The position numbers and the translations under genes were made by a program. The notes below the pieces were generated by a model. That model was given only the letters and a program-made list of their open reading frames with translations. It did not search any database and was not told the DNA's origin. A stretch of 64,000 nt of DNA from Ptychomitrium polyphyllum (Eukaryota). The DNA lies in assembly GCA_973851085.1 (NCBI GenBank), contig OZ316775.1, forward strand, positions 1,178,001 to 1,242,000, given 5' to 3'. This document shows, in pieces, positions 1 through 14,000 of this stretch (the stretch's first letter is position 1; the number at the start of each line of letters is the position of its first letter).

Positions 1-710
1 TAAAATAAAAAACATAGAGCTTTTATAAAACAACATTTAAAGTTGTAACAATGACAACATCATTTTTGAAAATATTAAAATTTAGTACATCATTTATAAA
101 AAGTAGTTGGTGTATCTCAACATAAGAAGAAATTTACAAATAGAAAATAATCAAAATTGAGAATTATATCCATAATATTAATGAAGATTACTACGTTGCT
201 ATATGCTAAATTTAATATGTCAAAATTATTTTACTATTCTATAAAAACTTGAAAGTTGAAGGGCATTATCTCTTAAAAGTATAAGCATTTACAAACTACA
301 TATAACCTTTAACTTCTCATATATTTATGAGCATTGACAAGTCCATGTTAAGAGTAATTTATCAATCTCAATATCAAAACAAAATTATCTCTTCTAAATA
401 TCCTTAGTTCATTTAGGGAAGAAATACGATTTTTGAAAGCCCAAAATTTTCAGAATTATTTTCCACATTATAAAAAAACATCCGAAATGATTTTGATCTT
501 CATTTTAAAAATCCACACTCCCAAATCTGTTCATTGCCACATTCGAAACTGCCACTGCACCTAGAACCAACATTATCTACCTCACGTCTGCATTTGCTTT
601 CTCGAAATTTACGAAACCCGTAGATCCGATAGTTGGTCGCTTCAGCGTAAGCACCGAATATGTGCATGCTTCACCGCAGGAAAGGAGCGCATCATTCGAA
701 AAGATTCTAT

Positions 711-730
711 CGCACGTCACGTGAACGTCA
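711..730. promoter_or_regulatory. Cluster of ACGT/G-box elements upstream of MON1
   Basis: CGCACGTCACGTGAACGTCA has three ACGT cores including CACGTG, at the AT-rich to GC-rich transition just before the first MON1 exon. Function is inferred. Confidence 0.4.
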
Positions 731-1041
731 TCCCGACGGGCTACGCCGGTATGGTCTCATACGAGACCGGCCAGACAGGTACCACCTTAAGCGATTCCAG
801 ACCGAATTGTCGTCGTCTCTATTGGCGCTGCGATTTCGTTGGAAGCGCGGCTACGACGGAGTACCATCGCCATCGCCATCGTTAGCGTCACTGCCTCGTG
901 CGCGCCTCACACCCCGTTCTGCTCACTCCATTACTTCACCTCGTCCCCCTGTCCGCCGACGATCGCAGCTGTCACCGCGTTTTCTCAGCTTGTCTTCCTT
1001 GCCTACCCGTTAGCCATCGCGCACAACCTCGGAGACTAAGG

Positions 1042-4000
1042 ATGATGTGTTGGCGAGCTCTCTTGTGTAAGTGTTCTGTGTGGTTCGACGGTGGAGATCA
1101 TTCTCCGACGTAGGGGAGCCTCAAGTCGGGGGTGGTTCGAGGAGATCGGTATCTCAGGAGGGAGTAGTTTGATCTTGCTCCTTCGCGATGAGGAGTTGGT
1201 TAGTTGGTGGGTGATGAGTTTGTGTGGGCAGTTGGGGAAGATGAACCCCGTCGGGGTTTGGGATAGGGTTTGGGGACTCTGCGTAGAGATTTCCATCCCC
1301 ATGGGATTTTCTGTGTACAATGCGTGATGGGTCGCAAGCTGGGAGTGTTATGGTTGAAGGTTAAGGTGATTGGTTTTTGTAGTCGTTGTGATGTTTGTCA
1401 TTAGTGCGCCTCTTGTTGGTGAGGTTTGGCGTTGAGCTTTACATCTTGTCTTAGAGTGTGCCATTTCACTGTTGCTTTGATGGTGAAGAGGTGGTATTTG
1501 GACGGAGGCTTTTGAATTGGGTTTAGGGTGGGGTAGTAATCGGGTCCGGAGTATATGACCACGGGGATCAGCGTGGGTTGAAATTTGACATAGTTGGGTT
1601 TTCGATTGACCTGCTGGTAGTGAGGTCTGAATCCGGATTCTCATTAGGTCAAAAGTGTTTTACTTCGGAATCATTTTTAGGGTTTAATTCTTGTAAAAAT
1701 CGGGAAAATTCGGCCCTTGGTTCTTGCAGGTTGCCGTCTCATGTATCCTGATTCTTTTGCAAAGGACAGCACTACGTTCTTGACACGGTTGCATTCAGCT
1801 TTGTCTGTGACACTAAGGTCTAGTTCGCCAGGGGTTAGTTATAATCATAATGCAGATGCGAGTGCGAGTGCGAGTGCACTCATTCTGTTTCCTAAATTTT
1901 TAGTGGGACTTTCTCTTCAGTGTCTTCGAATATGCCGACTACTTAAACCTTAGTTAATGAGATTTTGAGATTTGAGATTTATGGTTGTGGCACTGGGTGC
2001 ATTAATTGAAAAGGAATTGGAGATTATTTTTAGTAGTACTCGAAATTTTTGTATTCGTACCTTACTCTTTCTTATATTGCATTTGTTATATATTTCCAGA
2101 GCTCCCATGATGAATAACACCACAGTTCACGAATCTCACAGCGACATCGAAGAGCTTTTTGATGAGGAGGAGGGGGAGCGGCCATGTTACTTATCAGATG
2201 AGGCACATTCTGAGAATGTGACTCGAGCACATGCTGCCAGCAATTCGGACATGGAAGCTGATAATACAGTGAAACTCGTAAACCTGGACTTAAGTAGCAG
2301 CACACAGGACGGAGGGTCAGGCTCAACCCATGAAAGCAGCAAAGCAACCCCTGGAAATCAAGACGTGATAGAGGAAGGTAAAGAGCAGTTTTCTTACCAT
2401 TGTGTGACCAGTCTTGACGGATGACAGCAATGAGCTACAGTGATTTACAGAAAGAATAGCTTATGCCTGGGGTTACTTATCTCTCAAGTCTCATTATAGA
2501 TGATAATGATTGGCACAGGTCCTGATTTGGGCTCCATCATATTTCTAACAGATCGCAGATACTTTGTGGAGGTACTGTATGCTTGATGACCAATGCGAGG
2601 TTTTCTCCTGTGTTAGGTGGTAGTGGTAATGAAACCAGAAGCGTGGATGGGAGAGACGGAGATGGTACTGTGATTGCTGCGACTTCAATTACTAATTTAG
2701 GACCAGAGAGTACCGACTCTGGGGCTTTGGTTACTGATGTTGTGGAAGGGGATGTATTGTCTGAAGACGGTATTCAAGAGAACCCTGGGAGTCCAAGCAG
2801 TAGCCGTGAAGGAACCAGTGGATACTTAGCAGGCAGTGGTAGCAGTACCGCCAGTATCTGCAGCGCAAGTGGAGTCAATGAATGTGCCGATCGAATTCTG
2901 AGTCAGGACTCCATGCAACCGACGAAGCGATCATGGGTTCCCGGAAAACGCTATCCAGAAGAGGTCTCTGTCACTTGTTTATAAATGGCTCTATAGCGAT
3001 TAACGTTGTTGAGATAGCGAGACAAGTGTTCAGGATTTAGTTTGGATATTGCGCCAGTGAGGATCTTTTTGTTGTTAACGTCCTCGTGGAGCTTTTAGGA
3101 CTAAATTCTAACAGTGATTCTTTGAGAAGGTGTCATAACCTAGAGGTGCAGTTGCATGTTGGCCCTACTGAACATGGAAGTCCTATTTATCGTTTGCAGG
3201 ATGATACGTCTCTCTCATGGAGAAAACACAAAAAACATTTCTTTATTCTTAGCAACGCAGGAAAACCGATATATTCCAGGTTTGTTCATGTGGTGTGAAC
3301 TTTTATTGAAAGATAAGTTTACATAAGCCATGTCTACTGAGAGGAATCCTTTGTCATGTCATGAAATTTAGCTGATGCACGCAATTACATGGGCAGCGAC
3401 CAGAATCTCCGTTGGGGTTAGTTATCACTTGCACTTCTTTCGACGTCATTTTGGTCAGGTGTTCTTATCCTATATATATTATTTTGAGCAGATATGGGGA
3501 TGAGCACAAACTTGCAGGTTTCTCAGCGACCTTGCAAGCTATCATGTCTTTTGTTGAAAACAGGTACTGCTAGAAATCATCCCGGAAACCTGGAGCAAAT
3601 GAACAGTTATTATGGTCGTTATATAGTAGGGACACTGCAGTTGGCACTATGTTTTTCATAATCATGTCTTTTACTTTATTACGAGCTGGCCGGATACAAT
3701 CTCCACGGATGGGTTAGGTGGATGCTATTTTTGGTGGTGTTACTAACTTGGGATCTGCTTGGAAATGCAACTTGAGTGCTGAAGTGGAGACATGATTCGG
3801 TTTGTAAAGGCTGGTGATCATCAGGTTTGATACTTTTTTTTCTGCTTTAGATGCTCAAATCACGTAACCTGCACATCTGAATTTTGAAGTGCCACCCATT
3901 AGAGCCTTAATATGATGGAGCCTATGAGATCTTTATGGTTAATAGATTCGCCCAGGCAGGTAGTGTTGTTTGTCCTAAACGTTAGTCACTGTAACGTTTT

Positions 4001-7000
4001 TGTGCACCTCATTGTTATTACGTTACTGTTATTTGTTATATTTTTGAGAATGTTGTGCCTTGTATTGACTAAGTGCTGCATGATTTTGGTTGTCCTTCTG
4101 TGCTCATGGTCGTGCATATTGTTGCAGATCGTATTTTTGGTAAAGGGTCCGCTGTATTTGGTAGCAATTAATGCCACCGAGGAGCCAGATCAGGTTATTA
4201 AGGGGCAACTGGAGCTGTTACATGCACAGGTTTGTTTCCGCTTTGGGTATTTAAATTTTTGGGGGTTTGTTTAACCACCTGTCTATGAGCCAAAAGAATT
4301 GCTTCATCTCATGTCCTTTTATGCAAATTTCATATGCTGCCAGTATATTTTTGTGCAGGTGTTAATTTTGTGCACTTTGAGAGATCAGGTGGCTCATTTG
4401 ACCATCTAACCTGTAGTATCGTCATTTTTTGGATGTAGCTCATTTTGATTTTGACTAAGGGAGTGGAGAAATGCTTTGTGAAAAACTCTAAGTTTGACAT
4501 GCGCCCCCTGCTTGGTGGCACGGATATGGTCTTTTCTCATCTTATTCATGGTTTCAGTTGGTATGCAACTCAACCCTGTATTGCAAATTTTGAAGTCGGT
4601 TTATAGGAATTTTTATGTTCTTCAATCTATGGAGACGGGTTCTGCTTTTGATTAGTTGGATTATTTTGCAGGAATCCAGCCACTTTCTTACGTGCCTATA
4701 CTTGCCTCCCTCTTCCTTATGCTATCCGGCAGGCGGCTGGTGCAGCCCTTCAAGATATGCCTAATTCCGGTCCCTTATTCAGTTTCCTAATGTGTGGTTC
4801 CAAGGTAAGTTTGCTATTCGAATTTCAATACCTGTGAGTCCTTGATTAATTTTAGTACAGATTTAGAGCTGTTGTGAAATGCGCCATAAGAGTTTCTAGA
4901 TTTCCACGGCTCATGTTCATTCTTTTTAAATTAGTTCGGGCCACAGGTTTGTTTGTGTGCAAAGAATGATTATAAGCGTGGCAATTTGAGATAGATGTTG
5001 GCCTATTATTAACTCTAAAAACCAATTCTGCTGGATGTTTTCTTTAGGTCATAAACCTTATGAGTCCTCGTAAGAGCTCAATTTCCCCAAACGACATCCT
5101 CCTTCTCAGCAACTACGTTGCCTCTTCTGACTCTTTTAGGTGAGGCTAAATGCTTTTGCTCCTCGTTTTTTCACTGTCTTGCAGTTTTAGCAGCTTATTA
5201 CTGCCCTTCAGTTCTTTTAGTCAGTGTCAAACATATTGCTGTAGTTTGTTTTTATGTGGAAGCTTGAAGATCGAAAGAGCGCTTACATCTAAACGTTCGG
5301 CCAGATTTCTGTAATAATATGCGCCTAAAATATTTTCCCCATTAGAGTTTAGGTTTTCTTTAAACTTGATTCCACTGGAATGTGGTTCTTTGTTTGCAGA
5401 ACAACGGAGTCATTTTTCCCAGTCTGTTTACCAGGATACAATCCTACAGCGTTTCTTTATGCATATGTGCAGTACCTAGATGTAAGTTTCTTTGGAGATC
5501 AAAGATTATGAGTATCTATTTGGATTGTGCTTAAATTTGAAAATGTCAGCGTGCTTGTCCAAGTCCTATTGACAATTGAACATTTTTCGCATCTCTTTAT
5601 TTCCTTTTACTTGGGCCGTTTAACCTCTCCACTTTCTGACACCAGCACCCTTGTACTTGTTGGGCCGCTTACTTTCATCTGGTCTTCGTTTATTCACATT
5701 TAGTTTTATATCTCCTTTACCCTGTTTTAGAAGTAAATTATTCAACTTGCATAAACTTCGCTTTAGGTGTAACAGTTTTATGCTTACCTTTTTATTTGTT
5801 GACACAGAGCGAGACATGCCTGTTTCTTTTGACTGCCGATTCAGATGGGTTTTTCCAACTCAAAGATTGCAGGTAACTGTATAGGCACTCCTTGGTTCAA
5901 AGCTGTTTTTAGTACAAACTAGATTGTAATTGTTTTTAATACAAAATTCTTAATTTGGGTGGTTCAAAGTCATATGTCAAAACTACGAAAGTGGTTTTTA
6001 CCAATTCATGCGAAAGAGCCATTCTTTGCAGAGGTCGGATTGAAACCAGTTTGAGACAAACAAACGTGCTAGCCGAGGTTACAAATGCAGTGCAACGTGG
6101 AGGCTTATGCGTGGAGCACTTGCTTGAGACAAAGGCTTCACATCCTATGCTGGATTCAAAAACAAGTTCCATTTTTGGTTCTGATGGTGACCACGAGTTG
6201 CATGGTTCAGCAGGAGTTACGAGGCAGGGTGTCGTGGGAACTGGTGGACCTGCAGGGCTTTGGCATTTTATTTACAGAAGCAGCTTCTTGGATCAGTATG
6301 TGGCTTCTGAATTCTCTCCTCCACTGCACGTCCCAAGTGCTCAAAAAAGGTATATAAGTCTTTGTTAAAGATCATTCCTTGTGCAATTCATTTCCTATTT
6401 CAGAAGGGCAGCCTCATAAATTCCTTCTTGTAATCATTTGCTATTCCAAAGTATTTTTTGTAGAATACCCTTCAAGATTCGCTATTAACAAGACTCGCCA
6501 TGTACAATGTGTATAGTTTATATTTTTGCTCTTTTCTCTTTGTCTTACAATATTTTTGAAGTTTTTTCGAACTTATGTTGAACTTCTTTATTTTTTCTAA
6601 TGGAGAATGTAATGTCTCCATGGCATGATATTACGAATGCATGATTACTCATTGTCATATGGTTTTCTTGCTGTCTAGAAGGTCTATTTCTGCATTCTCG
6701 TTTGATTACCTTCTGCATGGTCACATAGGACCTAATAGAACTTACTTGTATCACTGCTTGTTCATACAGATTATACAGGGCATACCAGAAATTATATACG
6801 TCCATGCATGGTGCCGGAGCAGCAGGCCCACACAAAATGCAATACCGACGTGATGAACACCATGGTATGCTTCTCTTTTACAGTCATTTTCACCTGCAGT
6901 TCTAACTGATGGATGTTCTTGCTTGGTCCTGGAAACAACTGATATACCTCGTGGGTCTATTCAGTGTTACTGTCCTGGAGAACCTCTGATTTTGAGCTCT

Positions 7001-7459
7001 ATGCAGCTTTTGACCCATTAGTAGACAAGGTATGTAATGATAATTCGTTGATTAAGAACCTTTGCATTCTACTTGCCAATCATTCGTTCGTATTACATTT
7101 TCTTGAGCAACTGCAAATGCTTGTATGGTAGGTTTGTTGCGTTCCTTTTAGTGATTGCGATGGATAGTTTTGAAAACCTGCGAGCATGTATAGCAGAAGG
7201 TTGTCAACGTAGCCATCCTTGTGTTAGCATTTGTTTATGAGAGTGGTTCTGTGATGGGTTCTGTGATTAATCTTCTCATCAGCAAGATGCAAAGCAAATG
7301 ATTGTATAGGCCTAAACCTCGTGAATATCAGCATTTATCTCACTCTAATGGTTCATGATGCAGAGCTCTGCCGTGGCGGTCTGTAATCGTGTTTGTCAAT
7401 GGCTGCGAGATTTGGAAAGTGAACTTTTCTTACTGGAAGCGACTCCTTTCAGTTGGTAA
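1042..7459 (+). CDS. MON1: Vacuolar fusion protein MON1 (SAND family; Rab7 GEF subunit), ~659-689 aa
   Basis: GT-AG exons in one open frame: (1042-1066, 1730-1787 tentative), 2100-2377, 2617-2963, 3200-3279, 3492-3563, 3785-3824, 4128-4229, 4439-4560, 4672-4804, 5048-5139, 5400-5481, 5808-5872, 6032-6349, 6770-6864, 6965-7029, 7364-7459. Hallmark peptides: [56 protein letters not shown]-terminal PFSW*. The start could be ATG 1042, 1741 or 2107 (all in frame). Confidence 0.93.
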
Positions 7460-9126
7460 AATCCTATCGCAGGCTGATATGCTTTACTAATAGACTCGAT
7501 AGATGATACAATCATTTTTTCCAATATTTGCAGGGTTCAACAGGTTCTATATAGAGAGCATATTTTCTGCAGACCTTTAAGTAGTCATTCTTATCCACTT
7601 GTTAAGTAGCCATTGCACAATGCATATGTACAATACCTCTTAGTAAAATTGGCGCTTTCTTCATACGCAAGTTGCGGGTTCAAAACGTTCTGTCCTTATT
7701 GTTGGTTGAAATCACGATGGAAGGAATGTAAAACGTGTTTATGGTTATCGATTTTAGCCCTTCAAGTTATTAATAATTGATTTACGGCACTTTGAAGTAT
7801 GATAACTGCCATAAACTGTTAGTTCATGGAGTATGATTTTTAAGCGAGTCACTTGAAGTATTATCTGTAGAGTACGTCCAGATTTTAGTGGCAATTTGCA
7901 AGCCTTGGGGATCTTGTTACAATAGGCAGTGAAGTGAAGGGATTTGTCAATTCAAGCAGGTGCAATTGAGTATGTGAATAGCTATCTTTGGAGCTCCTGA
8001 CATCGGCTATAGCCTTTGTAGCTCGCATGAGACAAGTGTGGCAGGTATGTGAGACACAAACTTTCTGATTTATTTTAATATCATGTATCACATGTATCGT
8101 GTACCATTCATGCTAACTTTTGTACATGGCATTTTATGGTAGCAGTTTTTATTTTATGTCAAGATTCGTTCTGCCCTTAAGGAGCTTTAGAATCTATTTG
8201 ATAGTCGACAGGGCACACTAGACCTATAACAATATGCGTAGTAAAAATGCTACTACTATCTGTGCAAGCCCCACTGACATGTTCAGTGGTTTAATGAATG
8301 TTGTGGTTGGAAAATCATTAAATGGTGATGGTCCCACTTGCTGAAATAGAGCATAGCTTATTCCCTAATACCACATATTTTTCTACTGGGAATTGGGAGT
8401 GATTAAAATGAAATCCACAGGAAGCAAGAATTTGTCGTGGTGTGAAAATATTCTATTACTGTAGCGGTATGTTGCTTTTACAATACAACGTACTACGAAA
8501 GTTTCCACATTATGGGACTAGTGCTCAGTCAGGAGGTGACATGTGTGGATTGCTTCCTAACTCTTTCATGGTTTGCAGTGCCTTTCGAGTGATTTGTTGA
8601 CAAATTCATACGTGCTAGTGGGCCTTTGTACTGGATAACGCTATGTTCTTGTATTCAAGGCTAGGTACAGACCTTGCGGCCATATTTGAAGTGCAAGATC
8701 CATCTACTGATTTCTGTCATCAACTTTGGCATTGGGTTCGATCATAGACATAGCTGCTAAGCATGGATGTGTACACTTGTTTTCATAATGCCTAATTAGT
8801 GGCTTTGTATGTAGTCATTCTGAACATTTAGAGCTTTGAGAAGTTTGAAAAGTGGAGTATGATTCTTCTCTATCTCTATGATCATACGCCCAGAACTTGA
8901 AGTTGTACCCTCTCATTGACATTTGGTGACTCCAACAAGGTTAGCTCCTATTGTACTGCACTTCACAAGTTATTAGTAGAATTCTTGATACTTAGTTGTT
9001 GACTACTTGTTGTTGTCTTACTAACTCTATCTTATGAACACCATAAAACACATTATTAGAAATTGTGTCTTTGTTTGGTCAATAAGTCCAAGTGGTTTAC
9101 AAAACTGCAAAACAAGAGTATTATAA

Positions 9127-9761
9127 TGTTAGGTGTGAGATGTAGAATGAATTCATTTTGTTATTTTTGCTTAAAATTGATAAAAATGATGTCATTAGTT
9201 GGAATTAGGCTTAAACAAGGCCAATTTACGGACATAGATCATACAACATAGTCTTTATTTTGAATACTTTCAAATGTCTCCATATTCGTTTCTACATTCT
9301 TAAGAAATTTTCCTAAAAAGTTCTACTACCTTAGGAAACTTTCTAAGAAGATTCTAGCTTTTTAGAAAATTTCCTAAGAAGGTTCCACTACCTTAAGAAA
9401 TTTCCAAAGACGATTCTACTACCTTAGGAAATTTCCAAAGAAGGTTCCAATTCCTTAGAAACTTCTTAAGAAGATTCCAATATTTTAAGTAACTTCTTGA
9501 GAAGGTTCCATTGACTTTTGGAACATTCTTAAGCCTTGTAAGAAGCTTCTTTAGAAGTATCATAGGAGATACAATCGTCATAGTATAAATAGGAGGCAAG
9601 CCAAGGTATTCCTTAGTCTTATCAATACAAGTTGTGGATCATCTTGTATCCTGCCTTGTTTTAGTCTTTGTATCAATTTTTTTTTGTTAATCATTAATTG
9701 TTTGGAAGCTAATTCTTGAGAAATATTTTGTTTCCGCTTCTTATTTCTTGTATTACTAACA
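9127..9761 (+). repeat. 5' LTR of the Gypsy element (635 bp) with an internal ~31-bp tandem array
   Basis: Begins TGTTAG and ends CTAACA (perfect 6-bp inverted termini). TATAAATA at 9584-9591. About 8 degenerate copies of TTCTACTACCTTAGGAAATTTCCTAAGAAGG at ~9289-9545. Confidence 0.75.
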
Positions 9762-10659
9762 ATGTGGCAAGACTATTCTTTATCTTTGTCAGATCTAAGG
9801 TTCTTTGAAGAAGATAATGAATTATTCATCTTCTTTAAGATCTCATAGCGTTTTAGAAATTGCAAATTACCCTCTTCCAAGTTAACACTATAAAGTTGGT
9901 TTGTCCTTCTAAAACTAAGTACTACTTCTTTTGAAAAAGAATCAATCTTTCAAAGGACGTGGATTATCTTCTTTTGAAGGTATTCATAGTTTTCTTGTTT
10001 TTGACAGTCTTAAGTAACAGATAATGTGCCTGGAACATCAGAGAATAGGGTTGCAACTATTGCAGACCTTTAAGAGTTATTAAACACAGTTTGAATGGAA
10101 CTTACTCGTTTCAACACCACCAATAATTTAAAGCAGCACACCTAGCAAGTTGAAGAATCCAATGGTGATATTCAAAGTCTATATTAAGACGTTGTTCAAT
10201 TGTGTGAGGCAAATATTGGAAGAGAAAGCTTATGTTGAAACCATGCAGAGCCAAAGATTAACATGCCAGACAAGTTTGATGGATTAAGGTCAAAGTTAAG
10301 AGGCTTTATTCAACAATGAAGGTTCTTTCTTAGTTTGCATCAATTGTACTATTCTAATGGCACAACTCAAGTGGGATTTGTAGCGACTCTGCTATCAAAC
10401 AATGCATTATTATAGTTTACACCATTAATGGAAAAGCAGTTACTATTATTGAACAACTTAGATGCTTTCATAGAAGCAATAACATCTACTTTTGGATACA
10501 CAATTCTAATGGGGCTTAAGAAAGAATGTGAAGAATTTATTATTCAGAATGCCAAGGATTGAAATATTGGACAAATTCATCACTCAAACAATAGCATGTG
10601 ATAATAGACTATTTGAAAGGCTCCAAGAATAATGCTTGAGATGGCGACCAATACATTAA

Positions 10660-11042
10660 TATTGAATTATTGCAATAAGACTAGAGAAAGAATGCAACAA
10701 GGTTACCTACTATAAGCAAGAGCAGAGAACAAAGTTGCACCAAGAGAAGTGTGGAGCAAAATGACTCCCACACCCAAAACCACTTTACTTATATTCAGAA
10801 GTCATCCACCAAAGTGTGTCGCTTGGCGGCCATGCATTTGCCTTCACCAATTACTGCCACGTGGCGGCTAATCCTAGCCGCCACCTAATCTTTAGTTGTC
10901 ATTTTCTCAATTCTAGCCTCCATATTCCTCTCTATCTTCTTCCTTGACATGCCTTTGACCACTAGTAACATCTCAAGCCCAATATGAAGGCACTTCAACT
11001 AGGACCACTATATATCTTCTACTTATTCCAATAATTCCAACA
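10660..11042 (-). repeat. Copia 3' LTR
   Basis: Direct repeat of 15551-15933; + strand termini TATTG (mutated TGTTG)...CAACA. Confidence 0.93.
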
Positions 11043-11060
11043 CTCCCACTTTGCTATTGG

Positions 11061-14000
11061 TCAAATGAGTATTAAGCCAATTCTCCTTGCCAATAAGTGG
11101 TGCCTATCCTTCACCAATGCTTTTGTGAACAAATCGGTAAGCATCAACTCTATTGCATAATACTTCATATCTATCACTCCATCTTCCATCTTCTCTCTTA
11201 TGAAGTGATGTTGGATGTCAATGTGCATTGTTCTTGAGTGGTGCTTGGGATTATTGGCAAATGCAAGACATCCTTGGTTGTCACACATGATAGGCATTGC
11301 ATCCACTTGCACAAATCCAATGTCCTCCAACAGTTGCCTCAACCACATTGCTTCCATGGCACTATGACTTGCAGCCATGTATTCCGCCTCTATGGTTGAC
11401 CTTGCAATTATGGGTTGCCTCTAGTAGTTCCAAGGGATGATTCCTATTCCAACAAAGAATACATAGCCCATTGTAGAATGCCTATAATTGGCATTTCCAA
11501 CCCAATCCGCATCACCAAACCCTTGCAACTTTATGTTATCACCTCCAAGGCACAACACAAAGTCCAGGGTGCCCTTCAAATACCTCATGATTCCTTTGAT
11601 GGTTGTCCAATGCACGGGGCCAGATTTTGACATGTCCTGGCTCACAATACTTATCGCATAAGCTAAATCAAACCTTGTGCCAACCATGGTATACATGAGC
11701 GACCTTACTCCTGCCTTGTAAGGAATGCCTTGTATTTTTCTCTCCACTTATACAAATTCTTTGTCTGTGAGCTTCATCAACTTTAGGTTGGCCTCAAGGG
11801 ATGTTCCAATTAGCTTCACATCCTCCATATTGAACAGCTTCAACATCTCTTCAATATACTTCTTCTGACTCATGTTGATGGTCTTCTTTGCACGATCCCT
11901 CTTAAACTCCACTCCTAGGCAATAGTGTAGCTCGCCCAAATTATTCATCTCAAACTCCTGCTTTAGCTTGGCCTTCAACCATTCTAGCTTCTCCAAGAGG
12001 TTGGCTAATATGATCAAGTCATCTAAATAGAGGATTATAATCAACAAGAATTCCATGGTCTGCATTACATACAAGGAATGGTCTGCCTCACTTCTCACAA
12101 ATCCTTCCATCCTAAAGAATGCATCAGTGCGTTGGTACCATGCCCTTGTTGATTGCTTGAGCAGGTACAAGGCCTTTTTCAGCTTGCACACAAAATGCTC
12201 TCAGCCTTCATGCACAAATCTTAGTGGCTGCTCCATATAGATGTCTTCTTCCAAGTCTCCATTTAAAAAGATTGTCTTCACATCCACCTAGTGGATCTCC
12301 AAGTCCATTGCCGCTGCTATTGCCAAGATGGTTCTAATGGTGGTGAATTTAGCCATAGGCGCAAATGTCTCATTGAAGTCCACACCAGCAACTTGTGAGT
12401 AGCTTTTGCAGCTAGCCTTGCCTTGTGCCTCATAATTGCGCCCGAAGCGTCTATCTTAGTCCTAAACACCCACTTGCAATTGATGGGAGAACGACCATGA
12501 GGAAGTTGAGTCAACTTCCATATACCATAGTCCATGAGTGACTTGTACTCCTTTTGCATGGCCTTCTTCTACTTAATATTATTTGTGGACTTCAAAGCAT
12601 CGCACAAAGTCAATGGAGCATGGAGGAGGGCAACATTGGCATGTTCCTCACTCACTTGGGAAAAGATGTGGTTCTTCTACCATTCACTAGTTGGCCTCCT
12701 CTCCCTCATGGGATACCTCCTACCATTCAATTCAAGCCTCTCCTCTTATAATACATCAACTCTCCCCTCATCTTGAGGTTGTATCTCTTCACTGGAAGGA
12801 GTATCTCCACTATCACCTTGTGAATGTCTTCTATTAGTCCCAAGAGTGGAAATCGCCTTTTTCTCCTCCTTGCTTGGTTCTTCACTTCCATCTACACCTC
12901 CACCTTCTTCTTTTGCTAAAGTGGAGGACGTATCCACAACCACAATACTACTCCTATTTGGACACATTCCCAAGTGCTCACAAGTACTCTTGTGCTCTAG
13001 AAATCCAATATCACGACTCTTGATGATCTTCTTATTCTCCACACACATTAGCCTATAGGCCTTTGTTTTTACACAATAACCAAAGAACACACACTTTTTA
13101 TCCTTTGCATCCAATTTTGACCTCATACAATCAAGCACCTTTGCATATGCAATACATTCAAAGGTCCTCAAATGCAAAACACAAGGCTTTTTGCCACTCC
13201 AAGCTTCTTCAAGGGTCATAGATGCAATGGCTTTTGTGGAGCACCTATTTATGATGTACACTGCATTTACCACCACTTCCGCCCACAACTCATGCTCAAG
13301 GTATTGGGCATGAAGCATGTTCCTTGCCATCTCTATAATAGTGCGGTTGGGTCTCTCAACAACTCCATTTTGTTGTGGAGTGTATGAAGTACTGGTTTGC
13401 CTTGCAATACCTTCACACTTCAAGAAGTCATCAAAGCACTTAGATAGGAATTCACTACCATTATTTGTGCGTAACACCTTGATCTTGGAGCCACATTGCT
13501 TCTCTATAAGCGCCTTGTTCTCTTTGAACCTTGCAAAGCACTCACTCTTGGCCTTGAGGATGAATACCTACACCTTCTTTGAGAAGTCATCAATGAAGGT
13601 GAGAAAATACCTTGCTCCGCCTAAGGATGGAGTCCTCATGCATCCACACACATCCGAACGTACAATCTCCAACAAAGCACTTTCATGAGTTGCCACTTCA
13701 CTTAGAAATGATGCCCATTGTTGTTTGCCTAGGATGCAACCTTCACAAGCGAGTTCTTTGGACTTGTGGCAAGTCCTACTAAGATCTAGGCCACTTACAA
13801 TGGCTTGGAGCTCCTTCATAGCCTTCACATTCAAGTGATCAAGGTGGCGATGCCGAATGCCAAACTTGTCTTTATCTTGGGTGAATTGCGCAAAAGTTGC
13901 CACTTCCACTCTATTTACCTTCTTAGACTTGAAGAAGTACAAGTTGCCATCCCTCAACCCCGTGGCAACAACTTTTCCACCCCATGACTTCACAGCACAT

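Noticed and set aside
660..1644. Several overlapping 60-120-aa ORFs
   Set aside because: They lie in the GC-rich promoter, 5' UTR and first intron of MON1 and show no recognisable motifs.
7900..8800. Exon-like patches downstream of MON1
   Set aside because: All frames contain stops and no family was recognisable.
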